A stretch of DNA of 63,681 bases, counting the filler, from Squatina squatina (taxonomy: Eukaryota), in assembly GCA_031763465.1 (NCBI GenBank). It is 3 parts of 3 records of this genome, joined end to end, with 100 filler letters (N's around TTAATTAATTAA, not from the genome) between each part and the next. Parts side by side here need not be neighbours in the genome. Positions count along the whole stretch, not along the records: positions 1 to 27,407 come from JARFOE010000001.1; 2 more parts are not named here. One strand, 5' to 3'. The notes below the pieces were generated by a model. That model did no database searches, was not told where the DNA came from, and worked only from the letters and a program-made list of their open reading frames with translations. The position numbers and the translations under genes are program-made. Each line of letters opens with the position of its first letter. The first letter of the stretch is position 1. Of this stretch, positions 1-12,334 are shown in pieces.

Positions 1-1961
1 CGTCAGACAAAAATTCTTTACCACGATGGGGTCAGAGCGTGGACTTCTCAGCCACAATCGGTTGTTGAAGCAGAATCCAGCAATTCTTTTTAAAAAGGGA
101 TTGGCCCTGGTAATACAAATGAGGCACTATTGTCTGCAATAGCAAGTGCTTTGCATACCAGTTCTGGACCTATTACAGGACAACCGTCTGCAGCTGTGGA
201 GAAGAACCCAGCAGTTTGGCTCAACACTTACCAACCAATGTGTAAAGCATTTGTCGTCACAGATAAGGATATCAGGTGGGAGTCAAAGACTTCAGACTTT
301 TTTTTTTAAAACAGCAAGAAAGTTACATTTTCAACATATGCCATCTTAGTTTGACAGTTTCATCAGATAAGACTATAAATAAAATTTAGGCACTGGATGT
401 TTAAATTTAAAGGTGAACAAAGTTCCTAATAATACTGACTTATACTTCTAACCACTTTTCTCCCTCACCCCTGCTTCTTTGTGGAAAACAGTGACTTATC
501 TTAGGATATGGTTCAGCAGGCACCACTGGCCTTCTGGTATCTCGTACATCTGGCTATTTCCAGATATAAGCCTGCACATTGAATGTTGCTAGGTTGTTCA
601 GTAGTCAAGGATATCACAGCCAACCAATATTTTCTCTTCAGATTTTCAGTTGTTGTATAGACAGTCTATTATAAACTGTTAATTTATAAGTCTGTTATAA
701 GTATAGTTACTGTTTCTGTTTCATATGAGTAATTGGTATTAGAATGCAGCTGACAAAGTAGCACTTTAGCTCCTTGATCTTTTACTGGTTTTAACTATTA
801 TCTTGATTAAGGTAAGTAGATCACACGTAAAAGTTCTAATAGCACAGATGGTACCTACCTGTAAGCAGTAACCTGGAGTACTGAGCGCCTCCTAGTGTAC
901 TATTAGGGTAACATACAACCAGTCTTCTATTTAAGCACTTTATAACTACAGCAGAATTTACTTTATTTTTCCTTGATAATGATGTTTGCTTGGTGTTTTT
1001 TCAACAGTAGAGTATAATAAAGAGAAATTAAATATTCATGGAACAGCACTACATCAAGCTCCCTCAAGAGACTAATAAAGAACGTATACATCCATGCTAC
1101 TATGTTTCTCTGCAGTATCTAACTGCCATCTATGTAAATTTAAGATTTTTTTGGTTATTTTGTGATGACCTGTAGTGATATTTTATGTGTACTTTGAGGA
1201 TAGACTGCTCTCTGATTAGCTTTCCAGAATATGTCTGATAATTAGGAATTTGACTTTTGTGCAGTCCCATATCATTGCCAATATCAAGTAACAAATACAT
1301 GCGCATGGGGCGTAAATTTTGCTAGCGCCCACTTTCCTCCCCCGCTCCCCCCAGCAGTGTTCTTCCCCATGCAAATATGGTGAGGTTCAAGGAGCCCTGG
1401 ATATTGGGCCTTGGACCTAATCATCATGGTGCTGAGGAGGAGGTAAGTCCTCAAAGTTTGGACTGATGCTAATACATTCCTGTCATTGGAAGTGCCATAT
1501 ATGCATCCAGGTACATAGAACACCAGCACATCACAAGATGGTTCTGTTCCCTGCTTCTGAAGGTAAACCACTACCAGCAAAAAAAACTACATAGTGTCAT
1601 TGCCAACATATACCTTGCCTCAATGTAAGGACAGGAAGGTGACCCCAAATTTTGCATCACAAACACAGCCTTTAGTTGATTTCCTCATGATTTTTGAGCA
1701 ACTATTCATGCATAGTAGCTGTGGTGTGCCTTTTGTCTCTGAATCTGTTACATAGACATTACAACACAAACAGGCCATTTAGCCCAACCAGTCCTTGTTG
1801 CTGTATATCCTCCACATCAGCAGTAGTCCTAATCCCATGTGGCGGCCCTGTTCCCATACACNNNNNNNNNNNNNNNNNNNNNNNNNNNNNNNNNNNNNNN
1901 NNNNNNNNNNNNNNNNNNNNNNNNNNNNNNNNNNNNNNNNNNNNNNNNNNNNNNNNNNNNN

Positions 1962-2282
1962 TGTGGTAGAGAATTCCACAGGTCCACCACTCTCTGGGTG
2001 AAGAAATTCCTCCTCATCTCAGTCCTAAATGGCTTACCTCTTATCCTTAGGCTGTGACCCCTGATTCTGGACTCACCCGCCACTGCGAACATCCTTCCTG
2101 CATCTAGTCTGTCCACTCCTGTTAGAATTTTGTAAGTTTCAATGAGATCCCCCCTCATTCTTCTAAACTCGAGCAAATATAAGCCTAATCAACTCAATCT
2201 CTTTTTATACGTCATCCCTGCCATCCCAGGAATCATTCTGATGAATCTTTGCTGCACTCCCTCCATGGCAAGAACATCCTTC
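1962..2282 (-). mobile_element. CR1 LINE, ORF2 C-terminal fragment
   Basis: Translates LEFRRMRGDLIETYKILTGVDRLDAGRMF...RGHSLRIRGKPFRTEMRRNFFTQRVVDLWNSLP, the typical CR1 ORF2 C-terminus. Confidence 0.92.
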
Positions 2283-3916
2283 GGGTAAGCTCTGTGCTGT
2301 GCATATTAATTCATAAGATTTACCCCAAAAGGTACTAGGGGTTGGATGAAAGAAGTACTTACCTACTCAAATTTCAGTCCCTTTTTGAAGTGTCATATCT
2401 CGGCCTTGTTCGGTGACTTCATTCTAGTGGCACGTGCTGAAGCCATGAACTTACCAAATGCAGAATTAGGGCCTAAACCAGAACTTCTGTGACTGTGGGT
2501 GTTAGGGCTCGGATCTTCCTTCCTGAAGTGCTGAAAGGGATTCATTTCCATGGCATTCGCTGACTCGTTGCCATCTGATACTTTGCTATCCTTCGTATAT
2601 AAGCCTGTGTAGTGAGTGCCAACAGGCTGTTGAATCATCAAAGCTAACATCCTCACATATGCACGGTCAATCGGGTGGGGGAGCTTCTAGTTAACTTCCT
2701 TAGCCCAAGGGCACTGAGGTCAATTGTAACACCCAATATCTCAGCCCTGGCTGAGATTAGATAACCTAACACACAGATTGGAAATGAGCCTGGGACCATA
2801 TTGGGGTTGCAGTACGCTGAGAATAAATGAATAAGGAAATAAATATTTGGACTGAACAAACTCCCAGGTGTTGGCGCTCCAGTAGAATTCCTGACTGTAT
2901 GTAATTATTTTTTTTTGCAGTGTTTCTTAACTCCCTCTTATTTTTTTTTTAAAGATGATTTGATTGTCAGAATAGTGGGGTCTGTGCGGTTCAGTTCCAC
3001 AACAGTCATGAATTTGCAAATTGAGCCATCAAGTGAGCATTTTAAAATATGGGTAAGTCTTAAACAAGGGCTGCTGTAAACAGAGGCATTTTCAGTGTCT
3101 ATCCATATTGCTGTCTGCAGGGTGTTTATATTATTCAGGATTGTAATTTTTTTTTGCTGTTTATTTGTGATCATAGAAAAACTATCTCTTAAGGAAAATT
3201 TTCTTACTCAAACATAACACTGGTACAACTTCTCTAGGGTTCCAAGAAATGTGTACATTCGTTGATTAAAAATGCAGTAGGCATTTCTGCTACATTACTC
3301 CCTTTCAACTAAACAAGCACTGGGAAAAATCTACTGTGGTTATTGGCCTGTGTGTTTGATGAGACTGTTCCAGGTACATTCCCTGGTGCCATTGCACAGC
3401 AAAGCACATTTATTATTAATACACCAGAGATCAAAATCATTACAAGTGTAAAGATTAAAATCCTGTTTGTAAGCAGCTAGGCGAACAGAGCCAAAGCTGA
3501 TTAAAAATTGGATTAAGCTTTCTGATGCACATAGAGAGCAAATACACAGGAAAAAGACAGCTTATATTCAAACTGAGTAGCACACAGTAAAGTTAGTGCA
3601 GTGAGTGTAATGCTGATTATTTCCAGTTGCTGGTTGATGTTAGATAAAGAGCACTGTGCTATTTCTCTGACATTTTAAAAAAATCCCCCAGGGCTAGAAA
3701 TTGGTTTAGGCACATTTTCAGGCCGAAAATGGTGATGTATTCAAAGTGTGTGCCAGAAGCTGGACCCCCGAAGCTCGTGTAAAATTGGGCCTCCTCAGCA
3801 TAACTCCAACAGACGGTAATTGGGCTGGGAGGCGGTTTGCCGGTTGGCTCCCCACCAATGTGGACTGGCTACAGAGTCGGCAGTGACCCTCAGGTAGGTC
3901 CTGGGAGTTGGAAACC

Positions 3917-4077
3917 TAGAAACATAGAAAATAGGTGCAGGAGTAGGCCATTCGGCCCTTCAAGCCTGCACCGCCACTCAACACTATCATGGCTGATCAG
4001 TACCCCGTACCTGCTTTCTCTCCATACCCCCTGATCTCTTCAGCCGTAAGGGCCACATCTTTGAATGTAGCCAATGA
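3917..4077 (-). mobile_element. CR1 LINE 3' end
   Basis: Reverse complement of the CR1 3' UTR (tcagccatgat...gaatggcctactcctgcacctattttctatgtttcta). Confidence 0.85.
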
Positions 4078-4177
4078 NNNNNNNNNNNNNNNNNNNNNNN
4101 NNNNNNNNNNNNNNNNNNNNNNNNNNNNNNNNNNNNNNNNNNNNNNNNNNNNNNNNNNNNNNNNNNNNNNNNNNNNN

Positions 4178-4282
4178 GAAAGCGGGAACATGGAGATGAG
4201 TTAGAGGATCAGCCATGATCACATTGAATGGCGGAGCAGGCCCGAAGGGCCGAATGGCCGACTCCTATTTTCTATGTTTCTA
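4178..4282 (+). mobile_element. CR1 LINE 3' end
   Basis: ggatcagccatgatcacattgaatggcggagcaggcccgaagggccgaatggccgactcctattttctatgtttcta. Confidence 0.85.
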
Positions 4283-4972
4283 CGATATATTATGCTTTTG
4301 TAATAGATCTTTAATGTTTGCATTATTCATATTTGTTATACATTTGTAATATTTCATGAAATTGATATTTGTGTTTCTAATAGATCTTTAATTTGCATTA
4401 TTAATTCAACATTTATTATGCATTTGTAACAGATCAATTATTTATATTCATTACACATTTGTAGTATTTCATTATATTGATATTATGCATTTCTAATAGA
4501 TTGTTAATATTTGCATTACTGATTTATATTGATATGCATTTGTTATACATTTTAATATTTGCAATAATATTTATTATACATTGGGATCTTTAATAATTGC
4601 ATTATTAATTGATATGATTTATTAATTTGTTATAGATCTTTAATATTTGCATTCATATTTATTATACATTTGTAGTATGTCATTATATTGATATTTGTGT
4701 TTCTAATAGATCTTTAATTTGCATTACTAATGACTATTATGCATTTGCAATAGATCTAATATTTTCACTATTAATTGATATTCATTTGTAAAGGATCAAT
4801 TATTTATATGCATTATACATTTGTAGTATTTCATTATATTGATATGCATTTGATATAGGTTTTAATATTTGCATTAATAATTGATATGCATTTGTTAGGT
4901 CTTTAATATTTGCATTTAATATGACACATTTGTTAGTGATCTTTAATTGCATTAATAATTGATATTTATTGT
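4283..4972. repeat. AT-rich degenerate tandem repeat (minisatellite-like)
   Basis: Recurrent motifs tagatctttaatatttgcatta, tatgcatttg and atacatttgtagtatttcattatattgatat throughout; runs into a gap. Confidence 0.85.
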
Positions 4973-5439
4973 NNNNNNNNNNNNNNNNNNNNNNNNNNNN
5001 NNNNNNNNNNNNNNNNNNNNNNNNNNNNNNNNNNNNNNNNNNNNNNNNNNNNNNNNNNNNNNNNNNNNNNNNCAAGCACTTGTGTACATATACCCCCAGG
5101 TCTCTCTATTCCTGCACTCCATTTAAAATTCTACAATTTAGTTGACTTTGCCGCTCCTCATTCTTCCTACTTTTCTGTTCTTATTTCTCTCGCCATGTTT
5201 TTCTTGCATTCCTTCCTATTCTGGTGTTTTGCTTCTTTATCTCTCTCTTCTACTTAATTTATTTTTTCACCTGAGTCCCTATTGCCTTTGACCCATAGAT
5301 GATTTAAATACAACCAGGTGAAGGTGCTAGAACCTGATGCAGCCATCTTGAGTCTGAGATCTTTAAGGCTTTCCAGTGAATTCAATTTCGAGAAATAATG
5401 GATTAGTACAACTCGTGTTAGAGAAAGATTGGATCGCAA

Positions 5440-6440
5440 AGGCCTGAATTCATCGTACCGTTACTGCGGTTTTGAAAGTAATCCAATTCAGTAACTTGAA
5501 TGAACTAGGATGGAAGAGACTATAAGCACAAGATAATCATCAGTAATTAGGGTTTTAAATGTAACTCAATAACAATTATTAGCTTCCGCGTTATCTTCCA
5601 ATTTACAAAATGAGATCTTTTGTCCCTGTCACACGGTTTCGCTTCTTTTCCTCCTCTGCAACAAACTGCAATAATAGCCCAAAATCTGTTGTAGCAGGGC
5701 AATGAATGGTGCCTGCTGTTAGTTATATTTGCCCATTTAATGTCAACGATATTTGGTGCTGCAAGTTGCTGGAAGTGCAAGGTGAAACTGACACGGTGCC
5801 CTCTACAGGCCACCTGAGATCTGAGCGAACAGGGCAAGCAACTGTGTATCTCCATAACCAATCAGAGTGAAGGATTGTGAAATTAACAGCGCAAGGTCTG
5901 AGAGGGAAGTGTTAGTTAGAATGGGGGAATTCAATGTCAAATCAGGTACTGAAAGAGAATTAGAAAGAGGAGAAGAAAGATTGGATTAAGAGAGTAAAGA
6001 GATAGAGAGGAAACGTAAAAGTCAAATTATTTTAATTTTTCAAATAAATCTCCAACAACAATTAAAACCTGATGGAATGAGACCCCACACCTGTAATAGT
6101 TCATTTTCAGTGCTAGAGAGGCTGACTGGCAGTAATTAACACTTATCACATTGTTAAAAGCGTACTTAGACTTGACTTAACTTTCTGTGGTGAGTTTAGT
6201 TCCTACATACGGTGCAAGTACGGAAGCTTCATGCCACTCAATGCATTTAAATGGGGATCCAGACAGTGAGATGCCATTTTTGTGAAGCTAAAGGAGGAGA
6301 GGCGCATCTCTGATAACAACTTTTCCATTTCCGTGTTTAATCACGCATCTTCCCTCACCTGAAGTTGCTGTGGCATTTACTCATGAATACCGGTGAGCAC
6401 TATTAGCCACACGCTTGTTTCAACACCAAATTCTGGCCTA
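5440..6440. mobile_element. Probable non-autonomous DNA transposon
   Basis: Short inverted termini aggcctgaatt ... aattctggcct of the type seen repeatedly in this window. Confidence 0.45.
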
Positions 6441-8448
6441 TTATGACTTTCCAGATTTGCTGAAAGATATCTGTGTTTCGCGCTAGAAGCTCAGGAGCCA
6501 TTTTAAGGCTTCCTAGGGCATCGCAACTACATAATTCAGAATTTTTGTCAAAGAGTCCTTGAATACAAGAATTGCTGTAGAGATTGGAGCCTGTGCAGGT
6601 GAGTTTTTCAACAACAACAATTTGCATTTATATAGGGCGGCCAATTCGGGTTTTGGGCATTGGTAGCGCCAAGCGCCAAATTTAGTGCTGGAAGTGGGAC
6701 TCTTTGAAATTTTTCCTTCAAGCCCCCAATTAGTCACTACAGAATTTGCACGTTCAAATACGTGCAAACTTAAACGTTAAAGGACCCATACTTAACAGAG
6801 CTATTCGTGCTCAGCTTCAGCATGCAAATACCTCAGTTGGCTTAACTGCTTNNNNNNNNNNNNNNNNNNNNNNNNNNNNNNNNNNNNNNNNNNNNNNNNN
6901 NNNNNNNNNNNNNNNNNNNNNNNNNNNNNNNNNNNNNNNNNNNNNNNNNNNCATAAACCATAAGGGAATCTGAACATTTGCACAAATCATATAAATGGAT
7001 TTTCTGACTACTAGCTCGATTTGAGGACTGCCACTGTTCTTGAGCTACAGAGAGGAAAAAAAGCCGAATAGAGTGTGTGCTCAGCCTTGGGATATCTGCA
7101 AGAGGAACGCGTTGATTTCGCGGAGCTGAAAGCTCAGGATAAAATAACTTGAATCACCCAGGTGAGTTGATGCTGAACCCCAGGAAACTGAATGCAGGCT
7201 TAAGGCTGGCATGTAAAACTGGAAGGCCTTGGGGTAAATTTGTGTCCCCGCTGTATTGAAATCAATGGAATGGAAATGGGATGGGTTCTATAACGGGCAA
7301 GCACTCCATTCTGTCAGTTTATCGCCCATGCTGTGAAGATGAAAATTGACCTTGTTACAACCAAACCTAATGATAAACAGCTGAAGGAAATGGCAGTGTG
7401 CAGTCCAGAGCAAGGTGACTATGAAAGACAGGTCTATTGAAGGCTGAAAATGTGCTGGATTCTGACAGGGATAATGGCAGCATCGACTGTGAATGTAATT
7501 AAAATTTACCCATATCCTAATTTAATCATATTCATATCAGAGAGGCACGCAGAAAGCCTATGAATGTGTCTAGTCAAGTAATCAGATCATAGGTAGCAAA
7601 GTTAATGAAGGGGATCGGGAACCCAANNNNNNNNNNNNNNNNNNNNNNNNNNNNNNNNNNNNNNNNNNNNNNNNNNNNNNNNNNNNNNNNNNNNNNNNNN
7701 NNNNNNNNNNNNNNNNNNNNNNNNNNCTGTTTGTGATTGAAGGATTTTACCAACAAAATACAGAACACTTTCCACATATGCTCTACACGAGGAAAATAAA
7801 AAAATACTTCAATCTCCAGGCTTGCTTGACACTTGCTAATTTTGAACTTGTGTCCTCTAGATTTGCATGATGGAAGCCAAAAAAAGATCTTCAATGGCAA
7901 ACTGTTTTGAAAATTTATTGAAGTTCCAGAATTGCTCTGGCAATTTATTTTGACGGTAAACAAAGATACAGCTCCCCAATGGCAGAACTCATCAGCACAG
8001 AGAGAGCTTTTCATTAAACACAAATCAGCCAGCAAAAACATTATAGAAGTCTCAAGGTTCATCACTGAGGTGCAAGGTAATTTCACAACCTATCGCCCCT
8101 GTGTAATCCTCTATTTAGTATTCATTGCGTGCGCACTTCCCTATCTCCATGACATGCTGTCTTCTAGTCTGCACTGCTGCTAGGAAAGAGCGAATGCATG
8201 TGCACAGTGTGATTTGTTCTGACAGCAGTGAGCAGGTTATTACTCCCTGTTCTGCAAAATGTGTCACATCAATACCATCAATGCTTAGGACAGCGTATCA
8301 GATTATTCATAGAAAGTTACTTTTTACCAACATTTCAAGGTAAATATAATCAAAAAGGAACTGGGGGAACAAGTGGTGCAGGTAATGTGCATCACTGTTT
8401 GGCGTGAATGTAGGTACATACTTGAAAGGGGATATAACAGATCAATAA

Positions 8449-8673
8449 ACAACAACAACAATTTGTATTTATATAGCGCCTTTAATGTAGTGAAATGTCC
8501 CAAGGCGCTACACAGGAGTATTATGAGTGAAAGAATTTGACACCAAGCCGCATAAGGAGAAATCAGGGCAGGTGACTAAATGTTTGGTCAAAGAGATAGG
8601 TTTTAAAGAGTGTCTTGAAGGAGGAAAGAGAGGTAGAGAGGCGGAGAGGCTTAGACAAGGAATTCCAGAGCTT
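8449..8673 (-). mobile_element. L2-clade LINE 3' end
   Basis: Minus frame KLWNSLSKPLRLSTSLSSFKTLFKTYLFDQTF, then the tail ...ggcgctatataaatacaaattg(ttg)n. Confidence 0.85.
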
Positions 8674-8940
8674 NNNNNNNNNNNNNNNNNNNNNNNNNNN
8701 NNNNNNNNNNNNNNNNNNNNNNNNNNNNNNNNNNNNNNNNNNNNNNNNNNNNNNNNNNNNNNNNNNNNNNNNNGACCCCATCAGAGCAAATCCTCTTATG
8801 GTTGTGAGCTATTAAAAGAGATTATGAGTGACCTCTAGACTGACCAAAATAAATTTCAGTCATTATGAAAACCCTCTGGTATATATGGCCTAGAATTTCA
8901 CCAAAATGAGTTAGATATCAGTTTCCTGGGTCACTCATTT

Positions 8941-9345
8941 AGGAACATAGGAACAGGAGTAGACCATTCAGCCCCTTGACTCTGTTCCACCATTCAATTA
9001 GGTCATGGCTGATCTTTATCTTAACTCGATTTCCACACCTTGGTTCTATATCCCTTAAAACCCTGGCCAAACCTAAAACTATCAATCTCAGTTTTGATCG
9101 AACCTCAATTCAGGGAGCGAGTTCCAGATTTCCACTATCCTTTGTGTAAAGAAATGTTTCCTGACGTCACTCCAGCCCTAATTTTAAGATTCTGCCCCCT
9201 TGTTTTGGACTCCGCCACCAGGAATAGTTTCTCTCTATCTACCTTATCATAACACCTCAACTAGATCACATCTTCTATACTCAAGGGAACTCAAGCTTAA
9301 TCTGTTAACCCTGTTAGTCCCACATCATTCTGGTGCATTCCCATT
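8941..9345 (-). mobile_element. Decayed CR1 LINE 3' fragment
   Basis: aggaacataggaacaggagtagaccattcagcccc... tail followed by ORF2-end-like sequence. Confidence 0.75.
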
Positions 9346-11124
9346 GCAAGGTGCAAACAGCGGAACGGCCTGGTAACTGCATGCACTCTTTCACAGCAGA
9401 CTGGGGGATCATGCAGGCAAGAGACGAAGAGTGTCTGGATTTTTCATCTATTTCACTTCAATCTCCGATAACGTCACTGCATGTCTTAGTAGTATTCTTA
9501 TTATACTTGTACAAAATTATGACCAGTCAAGCACCGTCTGTTCCCACAGGACAACAGGGCATGGCACCAATCCAGAGAAGAACAACACACCACGTCATGC
9601 ATTCAGACCTCCAGGAGGACACTGATGGTAGGACGAACAGACTCCTGGGTGTGGGTGCCACTCGGAGGGAGCCTGTTCCACCCTGCTCTTGTACGGCTTG
9701 GCGCAAGTTGCTAACTCTAAGAAAGAGGGAAGACATTTCCAAAACATTAAAGTTGCCTAAAACTGTTTCAAAACAGATACGGATGGGAGCTTGTTTTTAA
9801 AAAGCGAGAGCCTTATTATCTCTTTCGCAGAATCGCTTGACTACAAGAGCCCTGTTAGCGAAATGCTTTACTCGAGGGGATACTGCAGATTACACACAAG
9901 TGTTATGTGATTATAAACAGCAGAAGACAAATTTTCTCATTATCTGCTCTTTAGAACTGTGAGAGATCTCATTTTCTGTTGTTCATTTCTTACACCTCGA
10001 GTAATTTTCCATTAGTGTTCTTGTTTTTAAACAAAGTGTTGCTTTCATTTGGAAAATATCAGCAGGATTTCTTTTGATGAAGAACAGCTACAATCCTTAT
10101 CCCTTTCCAGCTGCTCTTTATAAATGTGTGATTGGGAGCTTTTTTTTTAAAGGAAAAAGCTGCCCGGTCACATTGCGCAGTGGTTTATTTCTGGTGGGCC
10201 GCTATCACACCAAAGACTACAGAAAATAAACNNNNNNNNNNNNNNNNNNNNNNNNNNNNNNNNNNNNNNNNNNNNNNNNNNNNNNNNNNNNNNNNNNNNN
10301 NNNNNNNNNNNNNNNNNNNNNNNNNNNNNNNCTGTGCTATAGTTGAAATAATCACAGTAGCTCAACTCTCCATAACTGTGGTTTCTCCACCCTGGTGTCA
10401 GCCTGAGCACCCCAAAATTGGAAGGATATTAGAGCAGTTAAGAGGTACAGTGATGTAAAGATCTTTGGTCAGTGGGGGCCAAAGATGCGACCCTGCAGAC
10501 TCTTGGTGCCAGTAGTCGAGTCCCTTTGGGGACACTATTGTGGTGTAATGGCTGGAACAACACCCCCATGGATTTTGGGGGCCTTCGCTCATTGGCAAAT
10601 TAACAACAAGGTGTCATAGTTATCCCAAGAAGAATGGGGAAAAGAAGATTTTTTTCCATAGAGAGTTATTAGAATGTGGAATGCTTTACCACAGATGGTG
10701 ATTGAGGCATAGAAAATAATATAATTCAGAAGAGATTGGGATAAATAGTTGAAAAAGAAGAATCTAAAAGGGTACAGAGAAAGGGCAGGGAAAAGGATTC
10801 ATCCAATATTTATTTATCAGCACTTATTCATTTTTAATAGTCCATTGGGCACATGTGACTTTGTCTACAAAATAGAACATTTCATTCATGCAGTAAAAAG
10901 ATTCCGAATGGAGGTTTGCTGCTCAGAGCAGCCATTGATTGCTGTGAAGAGATCATTAGCAACCTTTTGTCAACTGATCATAATCTCACCACTTGCTGTG
11001 GATTGGAATTACAATGTAAATTGAAAAGCCTTATGGGTTTAAATTAATTTGTTTTTCATTTAACCAGATTGCAGGATAGCGATTAACGATCAACCAGAAT
11101 ACTCAGGGCTGCACTATCAATTAA

Positions 11125-11266
11125 AAAACCATTCCCAAGATGTGGGCGTCTCTGGCAAGGCTGGCATTTATTGCCCATTCATAGTTGACCTTCAGAAAGT
11201 AATGATGGGCCGCCTTCTTGAACCACTGCAGTCCATGTGGTGAAGGTAGTCCCATAGTGCGGTTAG
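11125..11266 (-). mobile_element. 3' end of a second CR1-clade LINE family
   Basis: gatgtgggcgtctctggcaaggctggcatttattgccc...gccgccttcttgaacc; same tail as at 22595, 46958 and 56122-56480. Confidence 0.75.
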
Positions 11267-11700
11267 NNNNNNNNNNNNNNNNNNNNNNNNNNNNNNNNNN
11301 NNNNNNNNNNNNNNNNNNNNNNNNNNNNNNNNNNNNNNNNNNNNNNNNNNNNNNNNNNNNNNNNNNTATTGTAAACATGTGAATTATGGGAGCACAGAGT
11401 CTTTCTCATTTACAAAATTCATTCCATCCTCCAGGATTTACTGCAGAGGCTTAATCAGTATTGACAAAAACAAGCATCTATTGCCGTCCTCACAGAACAG
11501 AATACAAAAAGATTGTCCAGTTTTACATGTTTATTATAATGTTTTATAATGAAGTACAAATTCAGTTCTTTTTGCCTTTGTCTAATATGTCCTGTTTTGT
11601 TTTGGAAATGGAGGTACCGAACAATGCACATCTTGCACACCATGGCGAGGTTGGGGAAATGTTTTCCATTCTATATGCGTAAAATTGTTTATAAAAAAAA

Positions 11701-11890
11701 ACTTGCATTTACATAGCGCCTTTCATAACCTCAGGATGTCCCAAAGAACTTTACAGCTTTATGTGATGTCAATGTTGTAATGTAGGAAACCTGGCAGCCA
11801 ATATAGGCACAGCAAGGTAGCACGAACAGCAATGAGATAAATGACCCGATAATCTGTTTTAGTGATGTTGGCCATGACACCAGGGAAAAC
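11701..11890 (-). mobile_element. SacSINE1/DeuSINE-like SINE, 3' part
   Basis: acttgcatttacatagcgcctttcataacctcaggatgtcccaaag...; homologous to the copy at 53497. Confidence 0.75.
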
Positions 11891-12213
11891 TCAGTGACAG
11901 TTAGAGGAAATCGTCCCTCCCTGTTTGTTAGGCCTATGACTTCTTCAATACTTGACTGCCACTGCCTGTAGGAATTGTAAAGGGAATCCCAATGAAATGT
12001 GCTTGTGAGTGTTGAGGTAGTCCCAAATTGGAACTAAGGGATTCATTCTGGAGTTGATTGGTTCCACCTCAGCATTTCCTCAAGGCTCTCACTTGGAAAC
12101 TGTATCAAGATCCTCTTTGAGAATGACAAGTGTTGGCAATAGTCTATCTGATAATTTGTGCATTATGGCTTGTCAAAATGAGCTTACCCTTATCCTTTCT
12201 CCCCATTCTGTAA

Positions 12214-12334
12214 ACAAAGAAACGTAGAAGATAGGAGCAGGAGTAGGCCATTCGGCTCTTCGAGCCTGCTCCGCCATTCAATGAGATCATGGCTGATCTT
12301 CCAAATTCAGTACCCTGTCCCTGCTTTCTCCCCA
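12214..12334 (-). mobile_element. CR1 LINE 3' end
   Basis: ataggagcaggagtaggccattcggctcttcgagcctgctccgccattcaatgagatcatggctgatc. Confidence 0.85.

Noticed and set aside
3917-4282. Apparent inverted repeat made of two CR1 tails
   Set aside because: The two halves are separated by an unsized gap, so they are probably independent insertions at contig ends.
9333-9800. 155-aa plus-strand ORF and the overlapping minus ORF at 9527-9742
   Set aside because: No recognisable domain and no convincing pair of splice sites; it starts within decayed CR1 sequence.
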